The position numbers and the translations under genes are program-made. A DNA stretch of 64,000 nt from Promethearchaeota archaeon (lineage in GTDB: Archaea > Asgardarchaeota > Hermodarchaeia > Hermodarchaeales > Hermodarchaeaceae). Positions 1 through 10,111 of the stretch are shown one piece after another. The stretch lies in contig JBHLMG010000006.1 of assembly GCA_048938385.1 (NCBI GenBank), forward strand, positions 41,870 through 105,869. Direction: 5' to 3'. The notes beneath the pieces were generated by a model. It worked only from the letters and a program-made list of their open reading frames with translations, was not told the DNA's origin and did not search any database. Within the stretch, counting starts at the first letter, position 1. The number at the start of each line of letters is the position of its first letter.

Positions 1-760
1 GCCCCATCCGTTCAGGGTGAAGTGTAAGCTCTGTAAATTGTTTTGTGAGGAGACCGTAGCGGAGGGCTTCGGTAGTTGGGAGGAGTTGTTTGGCTCGTAG
101 GGCTGTTTGAACTTCCGTGGCAGCCTGTTCGATGTGGTGGAGAGAGTGAGGACTAGGAGCTGTAAGGAATTGCCGAATAAGACGGGCATAGTCGAGGTAA
201 GGAAAGGCATCCGGTAGGAGTAATCGTGCTGCAGAAATAAATTGTCCTGCGGCTCGAAATTCAGCAATGAGGGCTACCGCCTCTCGGTATTTATCTAATG
301 AGAATTTCTTTCCAAGCAATGCTTGGAGATGGTAGCTGAGATTTTGAAGTTCTTGGGCAAGGAAGGTGGCAGCTGTTTGGTCTCGAGCTACTGGATAGGT
401 TATTCTCAACACCATATCTTCAGGAAATCGAGCTCTCCAGATATCTCCAAGATTTTGTAAGGAATCACAGGTTCCGCCTGGAAACGCAATAGCAGCAAGA
501 TGTGGAAAGCGTTCCTTCGCTCGTTGGCTAAAAAGGTTACGAGAATAAGCACAACAAAAGGTTTGCAGGCTCGCTTCATAGGCACCGGTGACTTCGGGAT
601 CTGCCCATAAAAGGATTGGAATCAGTTCGTGGGCGAAGAATAACTCAAGGGGGGCATGCGGGTAAATATATCCTACAAGTGATCGGTTGTTGTTAACTAG
701 GGAATGAAGGAGTTGAAGCCGGCTTGAAACGAGTTGATCGAAGCTAAGCGTAGTGCTCAT
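1..760 (-). CDS. 2-hydroxyacyl-CoA dehydratase / benzoyl-CoA reductase subunit family protein (HgdB/FldC-like), 3'-partial
   Basis: Missing from the ORF track because it runs off the window edge. Hand translation from ATG at 760 gives MSTTLSFDQ...VGYIYPHAPLELFFAHELIP...QTFCCAYSR...PGGTCDSLQNLGDIW..., matching the G-Y-x(3)-P-x-E-L and C-x(n)-TCD Fe-S ligand pattern of this family. The frame stays open to position 2. Confidence 0.75.
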   Translation of the reverse strand, partial: MSTTLSFDQLVSSRLQLLHSLVNNNRSLVGYIYPHAPLELFFAHELIPILLWADPEVTGAYEASLQTFCCAYSRNLFSQRAKERFPHLAAIAFPGGTCDSLQNLGDIWRARFPEDMVLRITYPVARDQTAATFLAQELQNLSYHLQALLGKKFSLDKYREAVALIAEFRAAGQFISAARLLLPDAFPYLDYARLIRQFLTAPSPHSLHHIEQAATEVQTALRAKQLLPTTEALRYGLLTKQFTELTLHPERMG

Positions 761-836
761 GAGAACGCACCAAAACTTTGATTAATCTGCAGGCTTGTGC
801 CTTAAGTCTTCGTACTCGCCTATGAATGAAGACCCA

Positions 837-3824
837 CTAAAGGTTGCGGAGAATACGATTTACTTCAACCTTTCCCGCTCGTCGGGCGGGAAGATACGCA
901 CCGGTAACCAATCCGAGGACAACAAGCCCGAGGACTGCGGCAAGAAGGCTTATGGGGTATATCGTAATTGAAGGAAGTATGTAAGGTTGCGGAAAGAGCT
1001 GTAGGATAGTTGGTAGAAGTATCTGCGAGAAGACAGAGCCCATTATTAAACTGAAGAGGAAAGCCGCCATGATAAGACCGACGAACTCACCTAATACAAT
1101 GGCAGTCACTTGACTACGAGTACCTCCGAGTGCTCGCATGATGGCATATTCAATTTTCCGTTCTTGGACAATAGTGTTAACAAAAACCGTAAGTGCGACA
1201 ACGCTTATTGCTAGTGATGCTAGGAACCCCACGGAGAGAAGGCTAACGATTCCTTGATAGAAGATATATCCATCAGCGTATTCAGTCTTCAAGTCAAAGG
1301 TTATTGGCGACCAGACCCGCTGTGCAAAATCAACAGATTGGACTGCAGTGAGTGCATTTAAGACCGAGGTACCCTCACGCGGTTTTGCTAAGAATAGTTG
1401 TGTTCGATCATATTGATAGGGGGAAGGCTCTCTGGCAGGTAGTTCGACTAACATGAGATGTTCGTGGCAGAAAGCGAAGGGTTGACCTTTTTGAAAACCA
1501 AATCCTGGTCTTGCACTAACGGAAGCAGCTGGATCAGAAGGATTGCTGTAACCAAATCCTGGCGCCGTTCGACAAAGACCTACAATATTTAGAGTTTTGA
1601 ATTCGTGCTTTTGTAATAGTTGATCCCAAGCCCGTATTCTGACCGTGTCCCCTACAGTTTTTCCTAAGAGTTCAGCAAGATGAGCGGGAAAGATAGTGCC
1701 ATTTACATCGTTCGCTAAGCGGTTTAGTACAACTTGCCAGTTATCTCCAATCATACTACTACTATCCCAGTTACCTGCAATGGCATAAGCAGCGGGATCA
1801 ATACCAAGTAAACGAAATTCATAATCCGTATTATAAACATCTGCTCGAAGCTCAATGAATCCTGTAGCCGTTTCAATTTGGGGCAGAGTAATAATATCAT
1901 CAATTCGGGAAACAGGGACGGCTCCACTGTAGATTCGGATATCGCCCCCGATGTAATATTCTATTTGGCGGTTCACATGACCTTGGTAAGTTTGAGCTTG
2001 GACCGCTGAGAAGATAGTTACTGAAAAGGTTAAGAGCAGAATGATAAGGAGTGGAACAATCCGTGTCCGTCGAACACGAACGCTCGTTGCGAACAGGTGG
2101 CTTTTTTGCCCAAAGACTGGATGAAATATTTTTGAAAATCCAGCTATTCCGGGCTTGATGATTCGTGCTATTGCATCCGAGAGAAGCACCCAAAACCCGA
2201 TAGCAAGGATGAAGGCGAATAATGCGATATCTGTGGAGAGGGGAAGAGAAACTAATACGGTAAGAAGTGGCCAGAATATCAAGACGACGACGATTATGTA
2301 TAAAACCTCAATCCAAGGAGATACCTTCCATCGACTGCCGTTCCCTCTGATAGCTGCATAAAGTTCGGTTTGGAGAAATGAGCGGGTAACGAATAGCGTA
2401 TATATACCAGCTGGGAGGATTGCTGCTAATCCCGCTATTACCCAAGCTAAGGGCTCAAGTTTAGCTAAACTCAGGTAGTGCAAAAAGATAGTCGTATCGA
2501 AAATGAGAAACGAGGACGCAGAAGGAAGTAGACAGCCAATCAAGAGCCCAAGAAACCCCCCTAGAACGAGTCCTGAAATCGATAAGACTACGAATTCAAA
2601 CAGGAGAGTTGCATAAAGCTGTCGGTAGCTAGCACCGCGAGAACGCAGAATCGCTATTTCAGGCCGTCGCCCTGAGATGAATAGCGTGGTGGTAAAGGTC
2701 GTTGAAAGAAAAGAGAGGATTACCATGGGTAATACTAGCACTCCCATGGTTCGCCGTTCATGATAAGAATTGATGTAATCGGTCAAACGCATAAGAGTAT
2801 CACGACCGCCCAAAAAGATATCAAAGGCCTCTTCTACCCGGGTAAATACGCGGTCAAGTAAGAGGACTGTTTGGTCGATTCCCACAGCGTAGAAGGGTAT
2901 GGGATCGACTTTTACGAGTAATCTTGGGTACATTACCCATTGGCTAATGAGAATCAAGTCATTAGGCTGTAATTCAGAAGCTGACATAATCATGCTGTCA
3001 GTCCAGCCAAAGATGACCTCCTGGCCACCAACAGGTCCCCAGTTTACACGGCTTTGAGAAGGAAAGGCTTCAATGAGGGGATCCAGAGTAAGGATCACCT
3101 CGTAAATTCCTGCGACTCGTAATCCGTTAAGATATGTTGGATTAATCTCACCAATTTGATCAGCGTAATGATAATTGCGGGCAATAGCAACATCAATGAT
3201 GCTGCCAACTCCAACTTGTAATCCCATGACGGCTTCGAGATCCTCCACAACTCGTCGACTCAGAAGGATATTTCCAGGCGCTAAACGAAATACACCTTCA
3301 AGAATTGTAAAGCTTCGTTCAATACGAGCTAGAAACTCATTATCCGTGAGAAATGTTTGACAATCTTTTATCCCGCGCCCATAAGGCCAAGGCAGATAGT
3401 AATCATTAGGTCGTAGGTCCCCTATTTCAAAGAGCGCAATTGAACTATGCACGATGAAGGTTTCCTTTGTCGTATCCAATCGGTTAACATAATCCCGTAC
3501 TGGATAAATTGCATTGGGATCATCGTTAGGGAAATGGGGGTTTTGGATGCAATAGTAGTGAAATGGTGTGTTGGAGAAATAGTCGTCAATAGCGACACGG
3601 CCACCAGTGTCGGTCCACACAAAAATTGAGGTAACTAAGGTTGCACCAATCATGATTCCAATCAGGAGGCTGATGGATCTGCGTTTGTTCCGACGAATGG
3701 CATGAAAAACATAGCCAGCCACATAGAGCGCACGACTAACTACTCCTTTTTCCGCAGCACTCTGTGAAGTGGGGACGGGGGGTTCTTCGAATTCATCAAA
3801 ATTCTCCGTCGGTTCTGAAGCCAA
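837..3824 (-). CDS. FtsX/MacB/LolE-type ABC transporter permease (two-repeat, ~1000 aa)
   Basis: Two FtsX-type TM blocks with RRPEIAILRSRGAS and ERKIEYAIMRALGG, large extracytoplasmic loops, C-terminal PARRA motif; paralogue of 7199..10111. Confidence 0.85.
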   Translation of the reverse strand: MASEPTENFDEFEEPPVPTSQSAAEKGVVSRALYVAGYVFHAIRRNKRRSISLLIGIMIGATLVTSIFVWTDTGGRVAIDDYFSNTPFHYYCIQNPHFPNDDPNAIYPVRDYVNRLDTTKETFIVHSSIALFEIGDLRPNDYYLPWPYGRGIKDCQTFLTDNEFLARIERSFTILEGVFRLAPGNILLSRRVVEDLEAVMGLQVGVGSIIDVAIARNYHYADQIGEINPTYLNGLRVAGIYEVILTLDPLIEAFPSQSRVNWGPVGGQEVIFGWTDSMIMSASELQPNDLILISQWVMYPRLLVKVDPIPFYAVGIDQTVLLLDRVFTRVEEAFDIFLGGRDTLMRLTDYINSYHERRTMGVLVLPMVILSFLSTTFTTTLFISGRRPEIAILRSRGASYRQLYATLLFEFVVLSISGLVLGGFLGLLIGCLLPSASSFLIFDTTIFLHYLSLAKLEPLAWVIAGLAAILPAGIYTLFVTRSFLQTELYAAIRGNGSRWKVSPWIEVLYIIVVVLIFWPLLTVLVSLPLSTDIALFAFILAIGFWVLLSDAIARIIKPGIAGFSKIFHPVFGQKSHLFATSVRVRRTRIVPLLIILLLTFSVTIFSAVQAQTYQGHVNRQIEYYIGGDIRIYSGAVPVSRIDDIITLPQIETATGFIELRADVYNTDYEFRLLGIDPAAYAIAGNWDSSSMIGDNWQVVLNRLANDVNGTIFPAHLAELLGKTVGDTVRIRAWDQLLQKHEFKTLNIVGLCRTAPGFGYSNPSDPAASVSARPGFGFQKGQPFAFCHEHLMLVELPAREPSPYQYDRTQLFLAKPREGTSVLNALTAVQSVDFAQRVWSPITFDLKTEYADGYIFYQGIVSLLSVGFLASLAISVVALTVFVNTIVQERKIEYAIMRALGGTRSQVTAIVLGEFVGLIMAAFLFSLIMGSVFSQILLPTILQLFPQPYILPSITIYPISLLAAVLGLVVLGLVTGAYLPARRAGKVEVNRILRNL

Positions 3825-4003
3825 TTTCTACGCCTTGCCGTCGATTTTAATTATTGAGCCGCTAGCTGATTGGTTGCGTAACTCATTTTTGAAGCGGATG
3901 GAACGGGGTAATGACCGCGTGAGAGAATTGTGAGCCCAAAAAACTTTTGGAAGGGACAATAATATTATCCCACACAAGCTTTTGACCTCAATGAAAAGGC
4001 ATA

Positions 4004-4987
4004 TTGCCTACTAGATATGAGCAGGAACAGAAACGGGGGTTTGCCTTGACAACAGCTATCAGCATCTCAGAGTTGTCCAAGTTCTTTGGAAAAACCAAAG
4101 CCGTCAATGGAATATCTTTAGATGTTATGCGTGGTGAGGTATTTGGTTTCCTTGGACCAAACGCTGCAGGAAAATCCACAACAGTAAAAGTTGCGGCCAC
4201 TTTACTCAGTCCGACTAAGGGCACCATCGAGGTTGACGGTCACGATGTCCGAACCGAGTCGGTGGATGTCAGAGCAAATATTGGTTTACTTCCGGAGGAC
4301 GGAGCAACAACTCATTATGACCGCCTATCTGCATATCAGAATCTTGAGTATTTTGGACGTCTTTATGATGTACCGGAAGAAAAACTACAGGACCGAATTC
4401 CACAGCTTTTAGAATTCCTTGAACTCTCAGACCGAACAAATGACTCGCCCGCTACTTTCTCAACTGGCCTCAAACAGAAATTGTCCTTAGCGCGCTCTAT
4501 GATTCATGACCCAAGTGTCGTCTTCTTGGACGAACCTACTTCGAATCTAGATCCTATTATGTCGCACAAGATCCGGGAGTTCATTGACCAACAAGCAGGC
4601 TTGAGAAAACAAACATTCTTTCTTTGTACGCATCTTCTCTCAGAGGTCGAAAAGCTTTGCGACCGGGTTGGCTTTATTTCAAAGGGCATTTTGGTTGAAG
4701 TTGGACGGCCAACGGAATTACGTCGTAAGTTTTGGAAGGTTCGAACCTACGAACTTCACCTCAGCGAGGTAGACCCCTCAAAAGCTCAAGCAATTATTCA
4801 GTCCACAGGATTAACTGCAGATATACGAACAGAGGAGAAAGTAGTGATTTTCGATATAGAAAAAGCAGAGCAGAGGAACCCCCAAATCTTGAAGGCCTTG
4901 ATTGAATCGAAGATTAAGGTAGTCGAATTACGCGAGCGTGTTCCAGACCTAGAAGCTGTCTATTATAAGGTAATTGGAGGAGCGTAG
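4004..4987 (+). CDS. ABC-2 type transporter ATP-binding protein
   Basis: Walker A GPNAAGKST, signature FSTGLKQK, Walker B VFLDEPT, H-loop CTH. True start may be TTG at 4046. Confidence 0.9.
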   Translation: MPTRYEQEQKRGFALTTAISISELSKFFGKTKAVNGISLDVMRGEVFGFLGPNAAGKSTTVKVAATLLSPTKGTIEVDGHDVRTESVDVRANIGLLPEDGATTHYDRLSAYQNLEYFGRLYDVPEEKLQDRIPQLLEFLELSDRTNDSPATFSTGLKQKLSLARSMIHDPSVVFLDEPTSNLDPIMSHKIREFIDQQAGLRKQTFFLCTHLLSEVEKLCDRVGFISKGILVEVGRPTELRRKFWKVRTYELHLSEVDPSKAQAIIQSTGLTADIRTEEKVVIFDIEKAEQRNPQILKALIESKIKVVELRERVPDLEAVYYKVIGGA

Positions 4988-4988
4988 T

Positions 4989-5729
4989 ATGTGGAAAAAG
5001 CCTTGGTTAATTGCACGAACTGAAATTCCCATGGTGTTCAAAAGCCGATATGTGCGTATGATTCCTGTCATCTTGGTATTGATGTCTGTTGGTTTTGGTG
5101 GTGTGATGACCTTCCTTGTCTTGAGTTGGGGAATGACGGATCCAGTGGTTTTCAGCTTAATAATGGCAAGTGGAATGGGAATGGTCATCGTTATGTTACC
5201 AGTAATGTTGCCCGTGATGATAGCGGCGGACTCCATTGTGGGCGAAAAGGAACGACATACCTTGGTGCCCCTGTTGAGTACACCTTTAACTGATGGAGAA
5301 TTGCTTCGTGGCAAGATACTCACAGCCCTGATTCCCGGTCTGCTAGTCGCCTATGGTAACCTAGTTTTAGCAGTTGCCATTGTTAACGGAATTGTCTTCT
5401 TTATGGCTCCACACCTGTTATGGGTGTGGCCGACATTCCTTCCCCTAGTCCAAGCGATAGTGATGCCTTTTCTCTTTTCGTTCCTTGCAGTAGCAATCAT
5501 GGTCATTCTTTCTGGTCGAGCCAACACCGTTTATGATGCTTACCAAACTGGCGGGGTTCTCATTCTTCCTGCCATGATTTTCGGCTACTCGTCGTTTCTA
5601 GAGGGAACTGGGTTTGATTGGACAATCTTCGTCATTGGTTCAATCATAATGCTCATTTTAAACCTGATATTGTATCGTGTCGCCATTCGTCTGTTCAGTC
5701 GAGATGAACTAATTACCCGAACCGGGTAG
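4989..5729 (+). CDS. ABC-2 type transporter permease
   Basis: About 6 TM helices and the DSIVGEKERHTLVPLLSTP...GK motif. ATG at 4989 directly follows the ATPase stop. Confidence 0.85.
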   Translation: MWKKPWLIARTEIPMVFKSRYVRMIPVILVLMSVGFGGVMTFLVLSWGMTDPVVFSLIMASGMGMVIVMLPVMLPVMIAADSIVGEKERHTLVPLLSTPLTDGELLRGKILTALIPGLLVAYGNLVLAVAIVNGIVFFMAPHLLWVWPTFLPLVQAIVMPFLFSFLAVAIMVILSGRANTVYDAYQTGGVLILPAMIFGYSSFLEGTGFDWTIFVIGSIIMLILNLILYRVAIRLFSRDELITRTG

Positions 5730-5769
5730 CAGAAAATAGAATCTATCGAATTACGGAGGATTTCACAAA

Positions 5770-6072
5770 ATGACCAAAATCTATCGAATAATTGCACGGG
5801 TTCATGAACTGCGTCAACAACCTGGTAAGAGTCCTTGTCGGCTTTACAAAGTTGGTGAAGAGTTTGATCTCTCCAAGCTGGATGAAAGGGCCAAGATCTG
5901 TCGCTGGGCGTTTAATTCCCTCTTCCCCTTTCTCACAGTCTTAGAGTTTGGAGGAGCCTTACCTTGGGAGCCTGATCCTGACCGCGCATATGTAGCCTGT
6001 CCAGATCCCCATAACATCGTGGTATTTGAACTCCGTCGAGTTGGTGAACTAGAAGACCGCGCGCCCACCTAA
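5770..6072 (+). CDS. TIGR04076-like small Cys-containing protein
   Basis: Pattern C-x(4)-VGEEF...ICRWAFNSLFP...ACPDP-x(3)-VVFELRR typical of this family. Confidence 0.75.
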   Translation: MTKIYRIIARVHELRQQPGKSPCRLYKVGEEFDLSKLDERAKICRWAFNSLFPFLTVLEFGGALPWEPDPDRAYVACPDPHNIVVFELRRVGELEDRAPT

Positions 6073-6170
6073 CTTATCAAATGTTTACTGATCAGGGGTG
6101 TTTCAGGCGCTTTTCCACTAGGCTGTACAAGTAGCCAGAAGTAATTTCGACCAGAGAATTTGGATCGGAG

Positions 6171-7184
6171 CTAGAGGGCTGTTCCACAATTCGGACAGGT
6201 AACGCGATTAGAAGCCACTAATTTACCGCAGATTCTACAGGTAACAAGGCGGACTTGTACTGCCACTGCATCTTCGATGGCGGATGGAGTGAGGAGTATT
6301 CGTCCTTCATTGACCTCGATTTGGAATCGTCGGGGATGTCCAAGTTCGCGTAAAATGTTTTCAGGGAGAGGAAGGCGATCTTGGTTATCTAATTCGAGGA
6401 CCCGAGTGCGTTCAAGCGATTTGAGGTGGACACCTGCGTCATGAGTACCACTGATAATTCCATCTCGGAGTTCAAGGGTACGCCGGGCTTTGGAGGCTAT
6501 GAGTTGGCTATGGGTAACGATGAGGAAAGCGGTTCCAAAGTCTTTATTGAGGTCCTTGAATAGGTCAAGGATTTCCTCCGCATTAATTAGGTCTAAATCA
6601 CCGGTGGGTTCGTCTGCGAGTACCAACGCAGGATTGTTCATGAGCGCCGAGGCAATTGCTACGCGTTGGCGTTCGCCACCGGATAGCTTTCCAGGAATGT
6701 GATCCATTCGGTTTCCTAGGCCTACTGCCTTTAGAAGTTCTTCGGATCGATCTCGTCGCCAAGCTTTTGAAAACCCAGCAATACGTGCACTAAGCTCCAC
6801 ATTTTGTCTGGCTGTCATATGATGCAGGAGGTTATCGACTTGAAAGACGAACCCGATAAACCCTCGTCGTGCAGCAGTAATTGTTAGATCATCGAGTTTC
6901 GAGATGTCCTGTTTGATATTAGACCAATAGACTTGACCAGCACTAGGGCGAAGGGTGCCACCAAGAATGTTTACTAGGGTGGTTTTTCCACTTCCCGAGG
7001 GACCGACTATTGCGACGATTTCGCCTTGGAAGATTTGAAAGGAAACACCCCGAAGAGCAACAGTTTCAATTTCCCCAGTTTGGTATATCTTGTAACAATC
7101 GTTTGCCATTAAGACTAGGTCTTCAGGTACTTCGGCGAATTCTTCTTCTTTGACCAAACCTGTGATAAGTTCTTGTGATGTCAT
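6171..7184 (-). CDS. LolD/MacB-type ABC ATP-binding protein with C-terminal AbrB-like segment and zinc ribbon
   Basis: GPSGSGKTT, LSGGERQRV, LADEPTGDLD; tail LELDNQDRLPLP...CRICG...CPNCG. Start moved to ATG 7184, which has AGGAG upstream and does not overlap the permease. Confidence 0.88.
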   Translation of the reverse strand: MTSQELITGLVKEEEFAEVPEDLVLMANDCYKIYQTGEIETVALRGVSFQIFQGEIVAIVGPSGSGKTTLVNILGGTLRPSAGQVYWSNIKQDISKLDDLTITAARRGFIGFVFQVDNLLHHMTARQNVELSARIAGFSKAWRRDRSEELLKAVGLGNRMDHIPGKLSGGERQRVAIASALMNNPALVLADEPTGDLDLINAEEILDLFKDLNKDFGTAFLIVTHSQLIASKARRTLELRDGIISGTHDAGVHLKSLERTRVLELDNQDRLPLPENILRELGHPRRFQIEVNEGRILLTPSAIEDAVAVQVRLVTCRICGKLVASNRVTCPNCGTAL

Positions 7185-7198
7185 TTTTTTTCTCCTTT

Positions 7199-10111
7199 TT
7201 AGAGGTTGCGGAGGACCCGCCCAACATTCGTGCGTCCTGCACGACGTGCAGGGATGTAAGTTCCAATGCTCATTCCGACTAAGACAATAGCGAGTACGAA
7301 GATGAGTAACAAGAATGGGATGCCCAACTGAAAGGGTACAACGAAGGGAAAGGGAAAGAGGCTTAACAGGACATTCATCAACAGCCAAGAGAAGATGAAA
7401 CCAAGAAACATGGCAACGAGGAAGGAGACCAGGATGAGCCCAATGAATTCTCCGACAACAATGCTGATAATCTGGCGTCGAGTGCTGCCCACCGCTCGCA
7501 TAATAGCATATTCTGTCTGTCGTTCTGTTACGATCACGCCTACAAAGAGTGTGAGCGCAATTATACTAATGACCAGGCAGGCCAAGAAGCCAATTGAAAG
7601 AATGCTTATCACTCCACGGTTGAAGAGGTATCCATCGGGATAGGCCTCTTCAAGCGAAAAGGTTGAAGGCGAATGAACCTTTGTGGGGAATCCCAGAGCT
7701 AGAACATTAGTTTGAACTTCTTCTATAGTTGCATGGTCATTAATACTGGCAAGAATCAATTGCATGTTAGTCATATTCAGACCAGTTAAATAACTCAAGT
7801 TGACGAGGGCATATGGTTGTGATTCTTGGAACTGAAAGCCATTAGTGGTATCTATTGGTCGGGAGGGATCCTCTGGATCAAAATACCCTAGCCCAGGTGT
7901 ACTAAAGCCTAAACCCACAATTCTGAAGGGGAATTCTTCGGCGATTCCACCACCTTGTTCATAGACAATCACAGGGAGGCCTTCACCGACACCTCTACCC
8001 AATCGTTCAGCAAGTGTGTGTGGAAAGATAATCCCTGTGGGATCGTTTTGCAAGTTTTGAAGTACTGTGTAAGGATCGGCTCCTATTATGCTACTGGGAT
8101 CCCATTTCCCTATTTCAATAAGAGCATCAACATCGATTCCATAAATTGCAAAGGAGATGGTTCCAATTAATCCCCAGGTCCGAATTAGTGGAGTAGCTTT
8201 TTCGATGCCGGGAATTGCGAGGACTTCAGCGATACGGTTGCTGGGAACAATGTCGCTTTGGATTCGAAGGTCTGCTCCAATGAAGTATTCGATTTGACGA
8301 TTAGCATTTATTTGTACAGTTTGAGCTTCAACCACGGCGAAGATGGTAACTGAGAAAGTGAGAGTGAGAATCAGGAGGAGAGGTACGATACGCTCTCGTC
8401 GTGTTCGCATGCTTTTCTCAAAGATAAACGCTCTTTCTCCAAAGATCGGTCGAAAGCCCCGTGTAATTCCTGCTACACCACGGCGAACGATTCGGGATCC
8501 TGAGTCACTAAGTAGCGTCCAAATAACCACGGCATAGATGAACTGTAGGATGGCAACCATTGGAGTTGCGGGAATCCAGATAATTGCTACATAGAAGAAT
8601 CCAAGTAATGCGAGACAGCCAATGAAATAGAGAATAGTGACGACGAGGTCTGATTCTCCTGGTGGATTGATACCTACCATTGCTCGATAGATTTCTGTCC
8701 GTAGGAAAGATCGGACATATATCATTGTAAAGACCAAGGGGGGAACTAAGCAAGAGATTGTTGCTATTATCCATGTGAGGGGTTCGAGTCTTACAACAGA
8801 GAAAAAGCGGTTGAATATTGTTAAATCAAATTGAAGAAAGCCTATAGAGGCGGGAATGAGGGAACCCACAAAGAGGCTAATCACCATACCTAAACATAAA
8901 GCTACAATTCCAATGGTTATAAACTCAAGAATGAAGGCCGCATAAAGCTGATAAAAACTAGCACCCCTTGCACGAAGAATAGCTACTTCAGCCCGGCGCC
9001 CACTGAGGAATATATTAGTTGCAAAAGTTGTGAGAAAGATGGAAAGGATGATTACTGGGGCGACGAGTACAGCCATGGTTTGACGCGAGCGATATGCCGC
9101 GATATATTCTTCAAGGAATAGAAGTTGGCGTTCACCAAACACGGATATGGCGTTCTGAAATTCAACTTCTGCTTGTTCTTTAAGGGCTCTAATGATTTGA
9201 GGAACGCGGTCTAACCCGTAGGTTAGGAGTTCTGCGGAATCTAGTCGAACTAAAAGTCGAGGGTAGACTGTATTGACCGTCAAGGTGTCGCGTGTGCCAT
9301 CATCTATTTGGTTGTAATGGAAAATGATGCCATCATTCCAACCAAAAACCTGCTCTAGCCCTGACCCCACATAGTTTGTTCGACCCATTCCATCAAAGGC
9401 ACTGTATAACACCGTATCTTCAGGTGGGAGAGAATAAATCCCAATGACCTGGACTTGTGTGATATTGAATCGGTTTATATCACCGATATCGGATGGTTCA
9501 CTTGTTTCTACATTGATTGAGGCAACTGCAATATCGATTATGCTACCAATGGTTATGGTTTGATTGAGAACTGCTTCAGCATCTGCGACTGCTCGAGCGC
9601 TAATTAGACAAGTTCCAGGAGTTACTGCATAGGTACCAGTTATGTTTAATTTTGAGTGAAAAATTTCTAGGAAGCTATCTTGGACGAAGAATGTTTGGAG
9701 GTCCTTGATTCCGTTCGCATAAGGATATGGATAATAGAGCGTGCTTTCACTTAATTCAGTTCCGTTAAGAATTCCAACTGAATGGTATACTACATGTGAG
9801 TCTTTGTATATTGATTGAGATCTGAACCAATCTTGGACATCAAAAACTAATCGGGGCTGTCCAGAAACACGCTGGAAGACATTATATTGATAGATATTGC
9901 CTTCGAAATAGTCATCAATGGCAACTCGTGTTCCAGTGTCTGTCCAGACGAATACAGAGGATACGAGGGCAATCCCAATAACCATACCTAATAAAAGACT
10001 TAATGAACGGGCTTTGTGTTTGCGGATACTATTCCCCACATAACTGGCAATATACCAGCGACTGCCGGTTAAATTCGATGCAGAAACGGGCGAGCCAGAG
10101 TTTCTGCTCAT
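7199..10111 (-). CDS. FtsX/MacB/LolE-type ABC transporter permease (two-repeat, 970 aa)
   Basis: RRAEVAILRARGAS, ERQTEYAIMRAVGS, PARRA; shares FVWTDTGxRVAIDDYF and terminal LRNL with 837..3824. Confidence 0.85.
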   Translation of the reverse strand: MSRNSGSPVSASNLTGSRWYIASYVGNSIRKHKARSLSLLLGMVIGIALVSSVFVWTDTGTRVAIDDYFEGNIYQYNVFQRVSGQPRLVFDVQDWFRSQSIYKDSHVVYHSVGILNGTELSESTLYYPYPYANGIKDLQTFFVQDSFLEIFHSKLNITGTYAVTPGTCLISARAVADAEAVLNQTITIGSIIDIAVASINVETSEPSDIGDINRFNITQVQVIGIYSLPPEDTVLYSAFDGMGRTNYVGSGLEQVFGWNDGIIFHYNQIDDGTRDTLTVNTVYPRLLVRLDSAELLTYGLDRVPQIIRALKEQAEVEFQNAISVFGERQLLFLEEYIAAYRSRQTMAVLVAPVIILSIFLTTFATNIFLSGRRAEVAILRARGASFYQLYAAFILEFITIGIVALCLGMVISLFVGSLIPASIGFLQFDLTIFNRFFSVVRLEPLTWIIATISCLVPPLVFTMIYVRSFLRTEIYRAMVGINPPGESDLVVTILYFIGCLALLGFFYVAIIWIPATPMVAILQFIYAVVIWTLLSDSGSRIVRRGVAGITRGFRPIFGERAFIFEKSMRTRRERIVPLLLILTLTFSVTIFAVVEAQTVQINANRQIEYFIGADLRIQSDIVPSNRIAEVLAIPGIEKATPLIRTWGLIGTISFAIYGIDVDALIEIGKWDPSSIIGADPYTVLQNLQNDPTGIIFPHTLAERLGRGVGEGLPVIVYEQGGGIAEEFPFRIVGLGFSTPGLGYFDPEDPSRPIDTTNGFQFQESQPYALVNLSYLTGLNMTNMQLILASINDHATIEEVQTNVLALGFPTKVHSPSTFSLEEAYPDGYLFNRGVISILSIGFLACLVISIIALTLFVGVIVTERQTEYAIMRAVGSTRRQIISIVVGEFIGLILVSFLVAMFLGFIFSWLLMNVLLSLFPFPFVVPFQLGIPFLLLIFVLAIVLVGMSIGTYIPARRAGRTNVGRVLRNL

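Noticed and set aside
7185-7388. Cys/His-rich N-terminal extension of the ABC ATPase in the ORF track
   Set aside because: It overlaps the permease 3' end in another frame, and a good ribosome-binding site precedes ATG 7184.
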